Made by a program: the position numbers and the translations under genes
Shown: piece by piece, positions 47,960 to 59,700 of the stretch
Layout: the number at the start of each line of letters is the position of its first letter
Position numbering within the stretch: the stretch's first letter is position 1
Notes under the pieces: model-generated
Told to the model about the DNA's origin: nothing
Seen by the model: only the letters and a program-made list of their open reading frames with translations
Databases searched by the model: none
Assembly (NCBI GenBank): GCA_903936705.1
Contig: CAIZWN010000073.1
Coordinates: 26,061-90,060, forward strand
DNA length: 64,000 nucleotides
Source of the DNA: an uncultured Myxococcales bacterium
Lineage (GTDB): Bacteria > Myxococcota_A > UBA9042 > DTJE01
Direction of reading: 5' to 3'

Positions 47960-50900
47960 ATGCGTTTCAGCACGCTCGCACCATGTGGAAATCGCAGGGG
48001 ACCTCAGTCCTGGAAAGCACTGCTGTTCGTGCTGGCGGTCGCAGTGTTCGCGGGTTGCGGGGGTTCGGGCAGTCCTGCCGGCGGCCCCTGCACGACCACG
48101 GCCGACTGCGTCGCCACTGGCGCCGTTTGCGCAAGCCGCCTGTGCGTGGCGTGTCAGGTTTCGGCCCAGTGCGTGGACGGGTACGGGGTTGGGGCGGTCT
48201 GTACCGACGGGGCTTGCCATACCGCGGCGGCTTGCCAGCCGGGCTCGGTGGGGTGTTCCTGCAACGTGGGGGCCTGCGATGCCGGCCAGTGCGTCGATGG
48301 CACGTGCGTGGATTGCCGCCGGGGGGCCCTGGCCTGTGCCTGTTACGACAACGGATCGTGCGATCGGGGCGGGCGCTGTGCCGCCGGGACGTGCGAGTCC
48401 TGCCCGGCCAGCGGGCAGGGCTGCCCATGCGGCGACGGTGGCGTCTGCGACGACGGACTTTTCTGCCAGAACCAGGTGTGTGTCGTGGACCTGTGCCAGG
48501 AGGGGACTGGAGGCTGCCAGTGCACGGCCCAGGGTACGTGCGAGGGTGCGCTGCGCTGCGGGGAAGACGGTCTCTGTACCGCCTGCACCAGCGACATCGC
48601 GGGCTGCCCCTGCGACGACGGCGCCTGCACCAATTACCTGGTATGCAACGCGGGGACCGCGACATGCCGGAAGACCGTGGCGTGCGTCGAGGCCGGGTGC
48701 GCATCGCACCAGTCCTGCCAGCAGTCCGCGGGGCAGGACGCGACGTGTCTGGAAGCGTGCGAGCAGGGGTTCGCCTGGAACGCGGGTACTGGCGGCTGCG
48801 ATCCTTCGCCTACGGCCACCTGCCAGGCCGACGTGGCGGGATCCATACTGGCCGACTGCACGACGATGAACCGTGTCTGTGTCACGGCACAGGAAGGCGC
48901 CCAGTGCGGCGCGTGCCTGGTCGGTTTCACGGGTGGCAGCGACGCCCGCGTGGCCTGCCGGGCCGTGTTGACGTGCGCTAGCCTCGATTGCGAAAGCAGG
49001 AACAGCACCTGCGCCCCCGAGGGTGATCATGCCGACGCGACCTGCGGGGCCTGCCTGCCAGGTTATACCCGGCTAGACGGCGGCTGCGTCAAATACGTGC
49101 CACCGACATGCGTCAGCCTGGCGCCGGGCAGCATTCTGCCCGACTGCCTGGCCGTCAATCGGACATGTACCCCGGCTGCCGGTTCGGTCCAGGCCCACTG
49201 CGGGGACTGCATCCCTGGCACCCTTCCGGCGGCGGACAACCCCGCCGAGTGCGTAGGGCCGACCGTCTGCGAGACCCTTTCCTGCGACGTGGTCCAGTAT
49301 TGCCTAACGGGTACTCCCGAGGAGGGGGCCAGGTGCGTGACCCCGAAATGTGCCGCGGGTTCGTCCTGGTCCGACGAGCTGGGCCAGTGCGTCCGGTGCA
49401 ACGTGGTCTGTGGTGACGACCCGGGCGAGACGGGGCGCATCTGGCTGGTCACCATAGCCGGGTCCCGGTCCGGCAGCGGCTGCCTTTGCGAGACGATGCC
49501 CGGCTACTACTGGGAAGAGGGTGATTCGCGGCGTTCCATCCCATGTGACGCCGACCACGACGGCTGGGTGCGCCAGCCGGCCCGCGCCTACGTTGAATCG
49601 GCCGACCCTGCCCTGGCGCAGAACGCCCGCTGCGCCGTCCACAGCATCGACCGGTTCAGCCTGCACAACGAGTATCGGCAGCGACTCGACGTGCTGCTGT
49701 GCGCCGATGGCTCTCTTCAGGCCGCCTACGACGGGGTGGCGCCGTGCCCGACCCGGACGATCCCGTTGTACGAATCGGTGCGCAACGACGACAACGCCGA
49801 GCTGTCGAAGGCGAAGCTGAACGACGTCCCTTCGTACGCCTATGATCTGGCCGGCCGAAGCCTGCGCGCCGAGGAACTGAACCCGCTTACGCGCGCCTGT
49901 ACCCTTACCGGGGACTATAACGACAACCAGGTTTCGGACCTGGGCGAGTGGCACGGCCGTTCGGCCCCGGGGGGCGCCGCCGCCCTCTTCGACCAGTTCG
50001 CATACTTCGTCGAGGTCGCAGGCAGCTACTACGCCAACAACGTGTCGCCTGGGCCCGGACGCTACGTCATCGAGGAGCGCTCGCGCTGTGCCGCCGGCCC
50101 AGGCCCCCAGGCCATTCCGTTCGCGTACGGGGCCGGCGACGGAGCCTATTGGCGGCAGTGCACCCGCAGCCGGGACACTGCCTTCGACCCCACCGACGGC
50201 CCGGCCACTCCCGACTTCGGCATGGACTTCGCGCGCTGGTCGTGCCCGCAGTCGGCCGGCGGATGCCCGGTCCCGCCCCCGCCGACCGACCAGGCGGTCC
50301 AGCAGGACACCCAGCCTGAGAACGGCGCCTGCGTGGTAGTCCTGCCACCCACGGACGCGGAATGCCTGGACGAGAACGGCCCCTGGACCTGCGTCGATGG
50401 TGCCGTGTGGCGTGGCCTGTCCAACTCCAGCCAGTTCCGATGCGTGAAAGTGGATGAAAGTCCCTCGAACGAGGCATCTGTTCTGAAGCCCGAGGCATTC
50501 ACCGACGAGTACCACTTGAATCGTTGCAGGGTGATCTGCCCCGACAGCGACCCGTACTGCACCGTGGACTGCGCCGGCGAATCTTGCGTCTCCTCGTCAG
50601 GGGCCGCGACAGGCACCGGCGCCAACCCCCGGTCCCCGGTGCTGCAGTGCCAGCAGGTCCAGTCGCCCCAGCCGGACGACGTGGGCTTTGCCCTCGTCCA
50701 ATACCACGACCCGCTGGCCACGGGTCTTTACGTGCGCGGCTGCATCAACGAATGGTCGCCCGACCCGATCCAGAAGGGTTCCGACAGCGGCAGCGGCGAT
50801 CCCGTGGTGGCCGCCTGGCGCGACCGTTGCCCCGGTTGGACCGGCGCTCCCAACATGATTGTGGGACTTGGCCTCGACGACGATTTCGGCCGCCTGAAGT

Positions 50901-52807
50901 GCGGCTGCGACGGGCCTACGCTGACCTTCTTCCGGGACCATGACGGCGACGGCTTCGGCGTCGATTCCGAGACGATCGGTGCCTGCGTCCAGCCCTACGG
51001 CTACTCGGCCAAGGACGGGGACTGCGACGACACGGTTCCAACCATCTACCCCGGCGCCTACGAGGACTGCAACTTCATCGACGACGACTGCAACCTGCTG
51101 GTGGATGACAACCCAGGCCCGGTCCTGAATCCCGTGCAACTGGGCGCATGCGAAGGCAAGACGCAGACGTGCGTCCAGGGCACCGGGTGGGTGCCCGACT
51201 ACAGCGCTGTGCCGTTGTTCGGGAAACCGGAGACGCCGGACGCGAACTTCCAGGACGAGAATTGCGACGGCATCGATGGCACCCTGGATGCCGCAGTATT
51301 CGTGGCGACAACGGGCACCAATTACCCCGACTGCGGCAGCCGCGACCGACCGTGCGAGACGGTAGGTTGGGGCCTGAAGCGGGCCGTCGTCCTCCAAAAG
51401 AGCGTGCTTTACATCAAGGCCGGGACGTACGAGGAGAGCCTGGATCTGGTCAACGGGGTCAACCTCTATGGCGGCTTTGACACGAATTGGGTTCGCGGCC
51501 CCCGGACAGTTTCGGGACACGAGACCGTCATCCAGGGCACGGCCCCTTTCCCCGGCGGGCTGGCCACCACCCTGCGGGCTGTCGGGTTGACGGCGGCCCT
51601 GGCCGACCTGGTACTGAAGGCACCGATGGTCCCGGCGGCGACAGGTGGGTACGGCGTATCCACCTATGTCCTCCACGCATCCTCCTCCGCCAACCTGACG
51701 CTGGACCGTGTCGACCTGTTCGCCAGCGCTGGCGGCGCCGGACCCGACGGCCTCGACGGGATCAATGCCGACCAGGCCAAGGCGTCCCAGGGCGGAGCGG
51801 GCACCAGCGCCAGCCGCGCCTTCGGGATCTGCGAAAACAAGAACAACAGTCCCGGGGGCTACGGCGTCGAGAACCCCAAGTGCGCTGGGACGGAGGGCAG
51901 CCAAGGGGGCCCTGGCGGTTGGGCGGACCTGTGCTGTGGCACGAACGGCTACTGCAGCGGATGCAGCTGTTCCGCCCAGTCCGGCACACCCGGCGCAGAA
52001 GCCTGGGACAGCGGCCTGCTGTTCTACGGCGGGGCCAACCTTCATTCCGGCGGGTCGGCAGGTACAGCGTCAAACGCCGGAGCGAGCGCGACGAACTGCC
52101 CGACGTGCGACGGGCAGAACGGCAGCGCAGGGTACGGGGGCGGGGTATGGAGCGGCATGATGAACGGCTACGTCGACCCGAAGTCTACCGAGTGGCGTGC
52201 CCAGGGGGGAGCTAGCGGATCGGTCGGCAGGGCAGGGCTTGGCGGCGCGGGCGGCGGCGGGAGCGGCGGGTCGGATGGGGTCAACTCCTACGGCGCTGGC
52301 GGCGGCGCGGGTGGCACCGGGGGCTGTCCAGCCACGGAAGCCGGCCGCGGCGGCGGGGGGGGCGGAGGGAGCTTCTGCATCTTCGCGACAAACTCGGTGC
52401 TGACGGTCCGGAACTGCCGTCTTGTCCTGGGCAACGGGGGCGCCGGCGGCCGCGGCGGCAACGGTGCCTGGGGTCAGCCGGGCGGGTTGGGCGGGCTTGG
52501 CGGGTCGGCCCTTGGCCAGTCGGGCGGGGCCCTGGCCGGCGGCAACGGCGCCCCGGGGGAGCAGGGCGGCCACAGCGGCGCGGGCGGCGGTGGATCGGGC
52601 GGTGGCAGCTACGGCATCTTCCGCTATCTAGGCGCGGTCTCCGAGACATCGAACACCTTCGAGGGCGGCGCCGGCGGGGCCGGGGGCAGCGGTGGGGTCA
52701 ACGGGGAGATCCGGATCGGCGCCGAGGGGCACGACGTTGAGTTCAAGACCGGCGAAAGCGGCCGCTTGGAGAGTGTCCACCAGTGCTACGACCTGACGTT
52801 CTGCTGA
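47960..52807 (+). CDS. Giant secreted lipoprotein (1615 aa) with an N-terminal Cys-rich CxC-G-C-GLxC repeats, MopE-like putative metal-binding motifs, a parallel beta-helix region and a Gly-rich C-terminal domain
   Basis: The lipobox is VFAGC, and GGGGAGA lies 7 nt before the ATG at 47960. The repeats are CPCGDGGVCDDGLFCQNQVC and similar. DHDGDGFGVDSETIGACVQPYGYSAKDGDCDD...PGAYEDCNFIDDDCN resembles the putative metal-binding motif. IFATNSVLTVRNCRLV-type beta-helix rungs and GGAGGxGGNG runs follow. Confidence 0.7.
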   Translation: MRFSTLAPCGNRRGPQSWKALLFVLAVAVFAGCGGSGSPAGGPCTTTADCVATGAVCASRLCVACQVSAQCVDGYGVGAVCTDGACHTAAACQPGSVGCSCNVGACDAGQCVDGTCVDCRRGALACACYDNGSCDRGGRCAAGTCESCPASGQGCPCGDGGVCDDGLFCQNQVCVVDLCQEGTGGCQCTAQGTCEGALRCGEDGLCTACTSDIAGCPCDDGACTNYLVCNAGTATCRKTVACVEAGCASHQSCQQSAGQDATCLEACEQGFAWNAGTGGCDPSPTATCQADVAGSILADCTTMNRVCVTAQEGAQCGACLVGFTGGSDARVACRAVLTCASLDCESRNSTCAPEGDHADATCGACLPGYTRLDGGCVKYVPPTCVSLAPGSILPDCLAVNRTCTPAAGSVQAHCGDCIPGTLPAADNPAECVGPTVCETLSCDVVQYCLTGTPEEGARCVTPKCAAGSSWSDELGQCVRCNVVCGDDPGETGRIWLVTIAGSRSGSGCLCETMPGYYWEEGDSRRSIPCDADHDGWVRQPARAYVESADPALAQNARCAVHSIDRFSLHNEYRQRLDVLLCADGSLQAAYDGVAPCPTRTIPLYESVRNDDNAELSKAKLNDVPSYAYDLAGRSLRAEELNPLTRACTLTGDYNDNQVSDLGEWHGRSAPGGAAALFDQFAYFVEVAGSYYANNVSPGPGRYVIEERSRCAAGPGPQAIPFAYGAGDGAYWRQCTRSRDTAFDPTDGPATPDFGMDFARWSCPQSAGGCPVPPPPTDQAVQQDTQPENGACVVVLPPTDAECLDENGPWTCVDGAVWRGLSNSSQFRCVKVDESPSNEASVLKPEAFTDEYHLNRCRVICPDSDPYCTVDCAGESCVSSSGAATGTGANPRSPVLQCQQVQSPQPDDVGFALVQYHDPLATGLYVRGCINEWSPDPIQKGSDSGSGDPVVAAWRDRCPGWTGAPNMIVGLGLDDDFGRLKCGCDGPTLTFFRDHDGDGFGVDSETIGACVQPYGYSAKDGDCDDTVPTIYPGAYEDCNFIDDDCNLLVDDNPGPVLNPVQLGACEGKTQTCVQGTGWVPDYSAVPLFGKPETPDANFQDENCDGIDGTLDAAVFVATTGTNYPDCGSRDRPCETVGWGLKRAVVLQKSVLYIKAGTYEESLDLVNGVNLYGGFDTNWVRGPRTVSGHETVIQGTAPFPGGLATTLRAVGLTAALADLVLKAPMVPAATGGYGVSTYVLHASSSANLTLDRVDLFASAGGAGPDGLDGINADQAKASQGGAGTSASRAFGICENKNNSPGGYGVENPKCAGTEGSQGGPGGWADLCCGTNGYCSGCSCSAQSGTPGAEAWDSGLLFYGGANLHSGGSAGTASNAGASATNCPTCDGQNGSAGYGGGVWSGMMNGYVDPKSTEWRAQGGASGSVGRAGLGGAGGGGSGGSDGVNSYGAGGGAGGTGGCPATEAGRGGGGGGGSFCIFATNSVLTVRNCRLVLGNGGAGGRGGNGAWGQPGGLGGLGGSALGQSGGALAGGNGAPGEQGGHSGAGGGGSGGGSYGIFRYLGAVSETSNTFEGGAGGAGGSGGVNGEIRIGAEGHDVEFKTGESGRLESVHQCYDLTFC

Positions 52808-52865
52808 TTCCGCCGAAGGTTCAGTTGCCTTCCCGTCTCGTCCAGCGCTTCAAGTTCCCATGGTG

Positions 52866-52888
52866 TGTCAATTTTACGCGACAGACGC
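52866..52888 (+). promoter_or_regulatory. GACAGAC inverted-repeat motif copy (TGTCAATTTTACGCGACAGACGC), 57 nt upstream of the 257-aa lipoprotein gene
   Basis: It lies 17 nt upstream of a TAGCAT -10-like hexamer. The spacing to the ATG is identical to that of the copy at 59957. Confidence 0.45.
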
Positions 52889-52944
52889 CGCAAGGTGCCG
52901 TGGGTAGCATTGCGCGGCGCTGACGTTCCACCCTGGAGGAGACC

Positions 52945-53718
52945 ATGGAGAGACCGTTGCTTGCGTTTAGTGCCTGCCTGCTATTGGTCATGGCCGCGTG
53001 CGGGGGCAAGAACACGTCCGCGTGCCCGGAAGGCACGACCAACTGCGCCTGCCGTGCAGACCTGACGTGCGACAGCGGGCTGGCCTGCAGCGATGGATTC
53101 TGTGTTGCGGGCTGCCACGAGGGCGCCGAAGGCTGCCCGTGCTACCCGAACGGCACGTGCGACTCGAAGGCCGGCGTGGCCATGGCCTGCCAGGACTCGA
53201 AGTGCGTGGTGTCGGCCACGCCAGTACTCGGCGACCTGGACGATCCCTGCGATTCGACGAAGCCATGCGGCAAGCACCAGGGAACGCAGCTCGAGTGCCG
53301 CGACGACACCTGTCAGTTGCCCCAGGTCGTTTGTCCGGCGGGCACCCTCGGCTGTCCCTGCGACGGTGTGACTTGCCAGGCCGGGCTCGTGTGCACGGCT
53401 GGACAGTGTGCGGCTGCGGCCGGGTCCGGTCTCTTCGTGGGCAGCGGCGACGTACGCGCCTGCGACGTGCTGGTCGAGAAGGCCGATGGCGTCGAGGTGC
53501 TATACGACGCCTCGGTGCTGGGCGTGACTGCCCGGGACGACGCCCGCCTGGCTCTGTCCTTCACGGCCAAGGCCGACTCGGCGCTTGCGGGGCCCGTGGG
53601 CGCGCTGGTGGGCGCCGACGGCAAGCCTGTTGGCGCGGGCACGGTGAGCCTGGCTAAAACCACGTGCTACGACAGGCACGGGTCGGCGGTGGCCGCCCCC
53701 GGCCTTGAGCTGAAGTAG
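52945..53718 (+). CDS. Cys-rich lipoprotein (257 aa) with the same CxC-G-C-GLxC repeat
   Basis: The lipobox is VMAAC. The repeats are CACRADLTCDSGLACSDGFC, CPCYPNGTCDS and CPCDGVTCQAGLVCTAGQC. GGAGGAG lies 6 nt before the ATG. The gene ends 12 nt before the RHS gene. Confidence 0.6.
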   Translation: MERPLLAFSACLLLVMAACGGKNTSACPEGTTNCACRADLTCDSGLACSDGFCVAGCHEGAEGCPCYPNGTCDSKAGVAMACQDSKCVVSATPVLGDLDDPCDSTKPCGKHQGTQLECRDDTCQLPQVVCPAGTLGCPCDGVTCQAGLVCTAGQCAAAAGSGLFVGSGDVRACDVLVEKADGVEVLYDASVLGVTARDDARLALSFTAKADSALAGPVGALVGADGKPVGAGTVSLAKTTCYDRHGSAVAAPGLELK

Positions 53719-53729
53719 GGGGGCCTAAC

Positions 53730-56700
53730 ATGAAGAACCGCATCCAGTTCGTCCTGGTTCTTGCGATACTGATGGCCCCGTTCGGCGCGGCCCGGGCCGC
53801 CACCGGCGTCTCCGAGGAGCGCCTGAGCCTGCCCGAGGGGCCAGGGTCGCTGGAAGGCATAGGCGAGAACGCCGAAGTCAACACGAACATGGGCGCCATG
53901 TCCTACAGCGTGGGCATCGACCTCCCCCAGGGCTTTCCCGGCCTGACGCCCAGCGCGTCGCTGTCCTACAGTTCCAGCAACGGCACCTCCCCGGTCGGCA
54001 TCGGCTGGAGCATGGAGCAGCCTTCCATCGAGCGGCTGACCATGCGCGGCCTCCCCACCTACACCGTCGCCGACGGGATCGCGGTGGAAGGCAGCGACGA
54101 ACTGGTCCTCGTGGATGCCTCGGGTCCGCTTACCTACCGGGCCAGGTTCGAGAAGGGCTTCGTCCGCTATCGGTGGAACGATGCCGGCCAGGGCGCCGAG
54201 GGCTGGTGGACCGCCGAGCAGCCCGACGGGCTGGTGTCCTACTACGGCGCCGACCACAATGGCGCGACGGTGGCTGACGCCCGCACGGGCAGCGACCAGG
54301 GCACGTTCCGGTGGCATCTGGTCGAGACCGTGGACCGCTGGGGCCACGTTCTGCGCTATACCTGGAAGCAGCATGGCAGCGTGACCCTGCTGGACAGCGT
54401 CGGCTGGGTGTTCACCGACGGCACGACCCCCGAGTACGAAGTCCGCTACACCTACGAGGACCGTTATGACAAGGTGTCGGACTGCAAGGCCGGCTACGAG
54501 GAACTGCTGGACCAGCGTCTGGCGCGCATCGAGGTCTTCGCACACGGCACGCGCCTGCGCTACTACGATCTTTCGTACGAGGACTACGCTACGTCCGGGG
54601 GCTTCACCCGCCTGACCGGCGTCCAGAAATTCAGCCAGCAGGGCGAGGCATACCCCGCCCATGACACGTTCGAGTACTCGCGCGCCCTTGGCGTGGATGC
54701 CTGCCCGGTGGGCACCGACTGCCAACGGCCCTACGTCGTCGGCATGGGTAGCCTGGGCGTGGACATCACCCAGGGGAAGACCACCCTCATGGACATCAAC
54801 GGGGATTCGCTGCCGGACGTGCTTGACACCAGCGAGCCTGGCGCCCCCCATCGCTTCTTCCTGAACCGGCTCGCCTTTGACCGGACGGTCTCGTTCCAGA
54901 TGGTCGAAAGCAGCCTGGGGAACCAGGGTTCCCACGCCCTGGGTACGCCGTACACCCAGGTCCTCGACGTGAACGGCGACGGCTTTACGGACCTGGTGAA
55001 CCTCCAGACGGGCGACGTGCTGCTGAACCGCGGCGCCGGCGACTGGAGCGAGATCCTGATGCTGGGAGTGGGCGGCGGCCTCCCGGACCTGGGCGGCGAC
55101 GGCGTGCTCGTATCGACCAAGTTCTTCGATTACGACGGGGACAAGCGCATCGATCTGCTGTTCAGCCGCGACTCGGGCACATCGAACACCACAATGGCAT
55201 GGCGGAACACCGAGAGCGGCTTCGTCAAGGACGAGAACGTGCAGTTCATCGGCGAGGGCTTCGAGACGCCCGCGCTGGAACTGAATGACATGAACGGCGA
55301 CGGCCTGCTGGACGTCGTGGTGGTACAGAAGGACTCGCTGCGCTACCGCCTGAACTTCGGGTGGGGGCACTGGGGCGACTGGCGCTTGATTGCCGGTTTC
55401 GACTTCACTGACCAGGAGGCCGTGGACGCGGAACTGGAGGACCTCAACGGCGACGGCCTGGCCGACCTGGTCCTGGTGGCGGGGAACCAGATCCGCTATT
55501 GGGTCAATCGAAACGGCACGACCTTCGATCCCCAGCGGACCATCTCAGACGCCGAGGTCCAGGGCACGCTGCCCGAGAAGACGCCCGGCACCACGGTGTT
55601 GTTCTCCGACATGAACGGCAACGGCTCGTCGGACATCGTGTGGGTCCAGGGCGACGCGTCGGGCGCCGTGACCTACCTGGAGCTGTTCCCCGTTCGCCCG
55701 AACCTGCTGGCCCGAATCACTAACGGCCTCGGCCGCGTCACCGACGTCACCTATACCTCGTCTGTCGAGGAGCGCGTCCGGGATGCCGCGACCGCGCTGT
55801 GGCAGCACCCGCTGCCCTTCCCCATGACGGTCGTCAAGTCGATGGACGAGTGGGACCTGCTGAGCCAGGTCCACACGGTCACCGGGTACGCCTATCACGA
55901 CGGGTACTACGACGGCGAAGAGAAGCGCTTCCGGGGTTACACCCAGGCCGAGGGCAGCCTGGCGGGGGACGATCTGCAGGAGTCCGGCCAGAGTTTCCTG
56001 GTGTACGACGTGGGCGCCACGGATCCCTACCGGGCCGGACTGCTGATCAGCGAGGAACACCGCAGTGACGGCCGCAGCATCGAGATGACCACGACCCAGT
56101 ACGCCGAGTGCGCCGTGACCGGCGTGCCCCTCAGCGGCCTTGTCCGCCCGGTGCGCCATGTCTGCCCGGTGGGCCAGGTGGAGCAGCGCCGGGAGGGCGC
56201 CCCGGAAACCGAGTGGGTCCGGGTCGAGACGGCCTGGCAGTACGACGGCTATGGCAACGCCGTGCTTGTGTCCAAGCTGGGCGTGACCGCCATCGGTGGT
56301 GCCTGCCCTGCATGTGACGAGGCCGGCTACACCGGGACGCCGTGCGGGGAGCAATGCCTTGGGGACGAGACACATACCCGTACCGACTACGCCACTCCGG
56401 CCGACAACGAGGACCGCTGGATCCTCAACAAGGCGGTCCGCGTGCGCGCCTTCGGCGTGGCCGATGCTGACGGGATGCCGGCTACCGACCTGTTTACCGA
56501 CGTATCGACGTTCTACGACGGCGACTCATTCGCTGGCCTGTCTCTGGGCCAGGTGACGCGCGGCGCCGTCAGTCGGGTGGTCGAGCGGGTCGATACGGCC
56601 GGCGCCACGATCGACAAGGTGCGGAACGCCTTTGATGCAAACGGCAATGTCATCGACACCCTCGACCCGCTGGGCGTGTCGGGGGGCGACACGCACCGCC

Positions 56701-59700
56701 GCACGTACCAGATGGATGCCGATGGCCTGCGGGTCGTGGCAGCGGACGTGCACACCTCCGATGGAGACGGACCATACACGCTGCGCCAGGAGGTGCAGTA
56801 CGACACCGTCTGGGACAAGCCCGTCGAGAGCACGGCCTGGATGCTGGTCGAGGCAGGGACGCCGAAGACGCCGCGGAATGCCACGTACTACACCTATGAC
56901 GACTTCGGCCGCATCACGTCGCGGATTCGCCCGGGCGAGTCGCTGAACGCGCCCGGCGAGACTTACGGCTACGAACTGGGCTCTCCTGTCAGCCGCGTGA
57001 TCGTGAACCGGCGGTCTACGGTCGATGGCATCATGGACATGGCAGAGGCCAGGTGCATCGATGGCCGCGGACGCACCTACCAGACCCGCGAACTGGTTGC
57101 GGAGGGGGCCTGGCGTGTGAAGGGGTTCACGCGCTTCACGCTGCATGGCAATCCACGTGACGCCTACTACCCCTACCTGGCCGCGGACGGGAACTGCGAC
57201 CTGGCGCCGCCGGACGGTGTCCTGGCCCAGCGCACCAGCTTTGACGCCGTCGGCCGCAAGATCGGTCACGTGGCACCGCCCGCCCTGGCCGGCGATGACG
57301 CCGTTCAGCAGCGCTGGGAGTTCCTCCCTCTGTCTTCAGCCGTGTGGGATGGCGAGGACACCCGCGAGGGCGGGCCCCACGCCGGGACGCCCGAGGTGCG
57401 CCGTCGCAACGGGCTGGATCAGACGACACGAATCGATCGTCGGGTCACTGCCGAGGGTTCCATCCTGACCCATCGTGTCGCCTATGACGAACTTGGACGC
57501 CTGGTGTCACTGACCGATCCTTCCGGAGCCGTGCTGACCCAGACGCTGGACCTGCTGAGCAGGCCGCTGCGCGTGGACCACCCGGACAGCGGAACGACGC
57601 AGTTCGAGTTCGACGCGGTCGGCAAGATCGTCAGGCAGGAGGATGCCCGCGGGCACGTGCTGCGCATGACCTACGACGGCCTGAACCGCATGGTGGCCCA
57701 GTGGGACGAAGCCGACCCGGACAACACCACCGTCCGGTGGATCTATGACCGTGCCCCGGGCTGCCCAACCGACCTGTGCACGAACGTGAACGGCCGCCTG
57801 GTCACCCAGACGTGGCTTGTCGACGGTCTGGCGGCCTCCGAGACCTTCGGATACGACAACCGCGGGGCCATTCTTCGCCAGCGCAAGACCGTCCTGGGCC
57901 ACACCTACGACTTCGCGTCCCGTCGCGACAACGCCCAGCGGATCGTGAGCAACGAATACCCCGACAGCCGAGCCATCAATGCGACCCTGGATGGCACGGG
58001 CCAGACGGTGACGGTGCCCGGCTATGTCAGCGCCGTCCACTACGCGGCCACCGGTATCGCGGACGCCATCACTACCACGAACGGCGTGCAGTCGGTGCTG
58101 ACCCTCGACGGGCGCCTGCGGCCGCAGGCGCTGACGGTCACGGGCCCAGGCAGCGAGGTGCTGCTGGCGTACGACGTGGTCCGCGACGCTCTCGGGAACC
58201 CCCTGGAGGTCCACGACGGCCGGGCCGAGGACGGCACGCCCAAGGGGGCGGCGCGCTTCACCTACGACGGGCTGTACCGGTTGACCCGGGCTGAACTGGA
58301 CCCGGACCGACCGTCGCAGGCCGAGACGCTGACCTACGTCTACGACGACGCTGACCGCGTCCTGTCCATCGGTTCGACCGCCGGCGCCCAAAGTCGCGCC
58401 AACGTCGGAGAACTGGTTTACGGCGAGGCGGCGGGGCCCCACGCCGTGACCCGCGCGGGCGACATGACCCTGGGCTACGATCCCGCGGGCAATGCCACTA
58501 CCCGGGGCGATCTGGCGCTGGAGTGGGACCACCTGGGCCGACTGGTCCGGGCCACCCGCGCGGGCGCCGAGTTGCTGAAGATCGGTTACGGCCCGGAGCG
58601 CGATCGGATGGTCAAGCGCGAGGACGGCCACGTCACGCTGTATCTCGCCGACGACTTCGAGGTGCGCGACGGCACGGCCGTGACCTACCTGGACCTGGCC
58701 GGCGGGCGCCTGGCGCGTCTGGAGGACCCGTCCTTCGCGGAGATCTCGCTGTCGGACGTGGCCCCGGCCGCGGGATCCGACACGGCGCTGATCAGCGCCC
58801 CCGACCACGAGATCACGGCGGGCGACGCCTGGCTGGCCCAGGGGGTGGCGGCGGGTGCGCTGTCCCTGGCCGCAGCCCCGGTACTGTCCGACACCCGGGT
58901 GCTGTTGCACGCCAGCGCCGCGCGGACCCTGCACGGCCTCGAGCCGCGGGTGACGTGGCTTCACGAGGACCTGCGGGGCAACACCGTCGCCGAGACCGAC
59001 GACACGGGCGCTCTGGTGGCACGCAGCGAGTTCTATCCCTACGGCGGCGAGCGCCATTCCCAGGGTCCCACCGAGACCCACAACTTCACGGGCAAGGAGA
59101 CCGACGACAGTACGGGGCTGGCATACTTCGGAGCCCGCTACCAGGACCCGTGGCTGGGCCGCTGGCTGTCCCCGGATCCGGCCTACCAGGTCATGGCATC
59201 CCTGGACGACGACGATGCGGCCGAGGCCACCTGCGCATACGGGTTCGTCGGCAACAACCCAGTGGCGAAGAGCGACGCTGACGGCCAGCGGTTCAGTTCG
59301 ATGACCCAGCACTTCTGGGCACCTGGCCGCCTGGGTCTGAAGCAGAGTACGACCATGCTCCAGAACGGGCAGATCCGCCCGAACGTGATGTGGATGACGC
59401 TGCTGCACCTGGAACCGGGGCAACCGATGACCAAGAAACAGGCCCAGCGGGTCGCGAAAACCATATGGGACGTGTCCAAGAAGGACGGCAGCATGCACGA
59501 AGGTGCCTACACCACCGGTTCCGCGACACGCAGCGAGTGGAGAATGGGCGTGGACCAGCTCCAGAGGGGCGGGGCGATGCGGGAAGTCGGCGGGAAGATG
59601 GGGTTCAACCTGGATGTCCGGGCTGTGGCGAACGAGGCGTACAAGAGGGTGAGCGCGTCCAAGATCGCCGACGCCCTCGTTCCCCAGTACCTGTCCGCGG

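Noticed and set aside
52808-52944. A TcA-like syringe component or small immunity gene accompanying the SpvB-RHS protein.
   Set aside because: Neighbouring ORFs are the 257-aa Cys-repeat lipoprotein and large lipoproteins with no TcA-like features. No small ORF with an RBS lies between 59951 and 60036.
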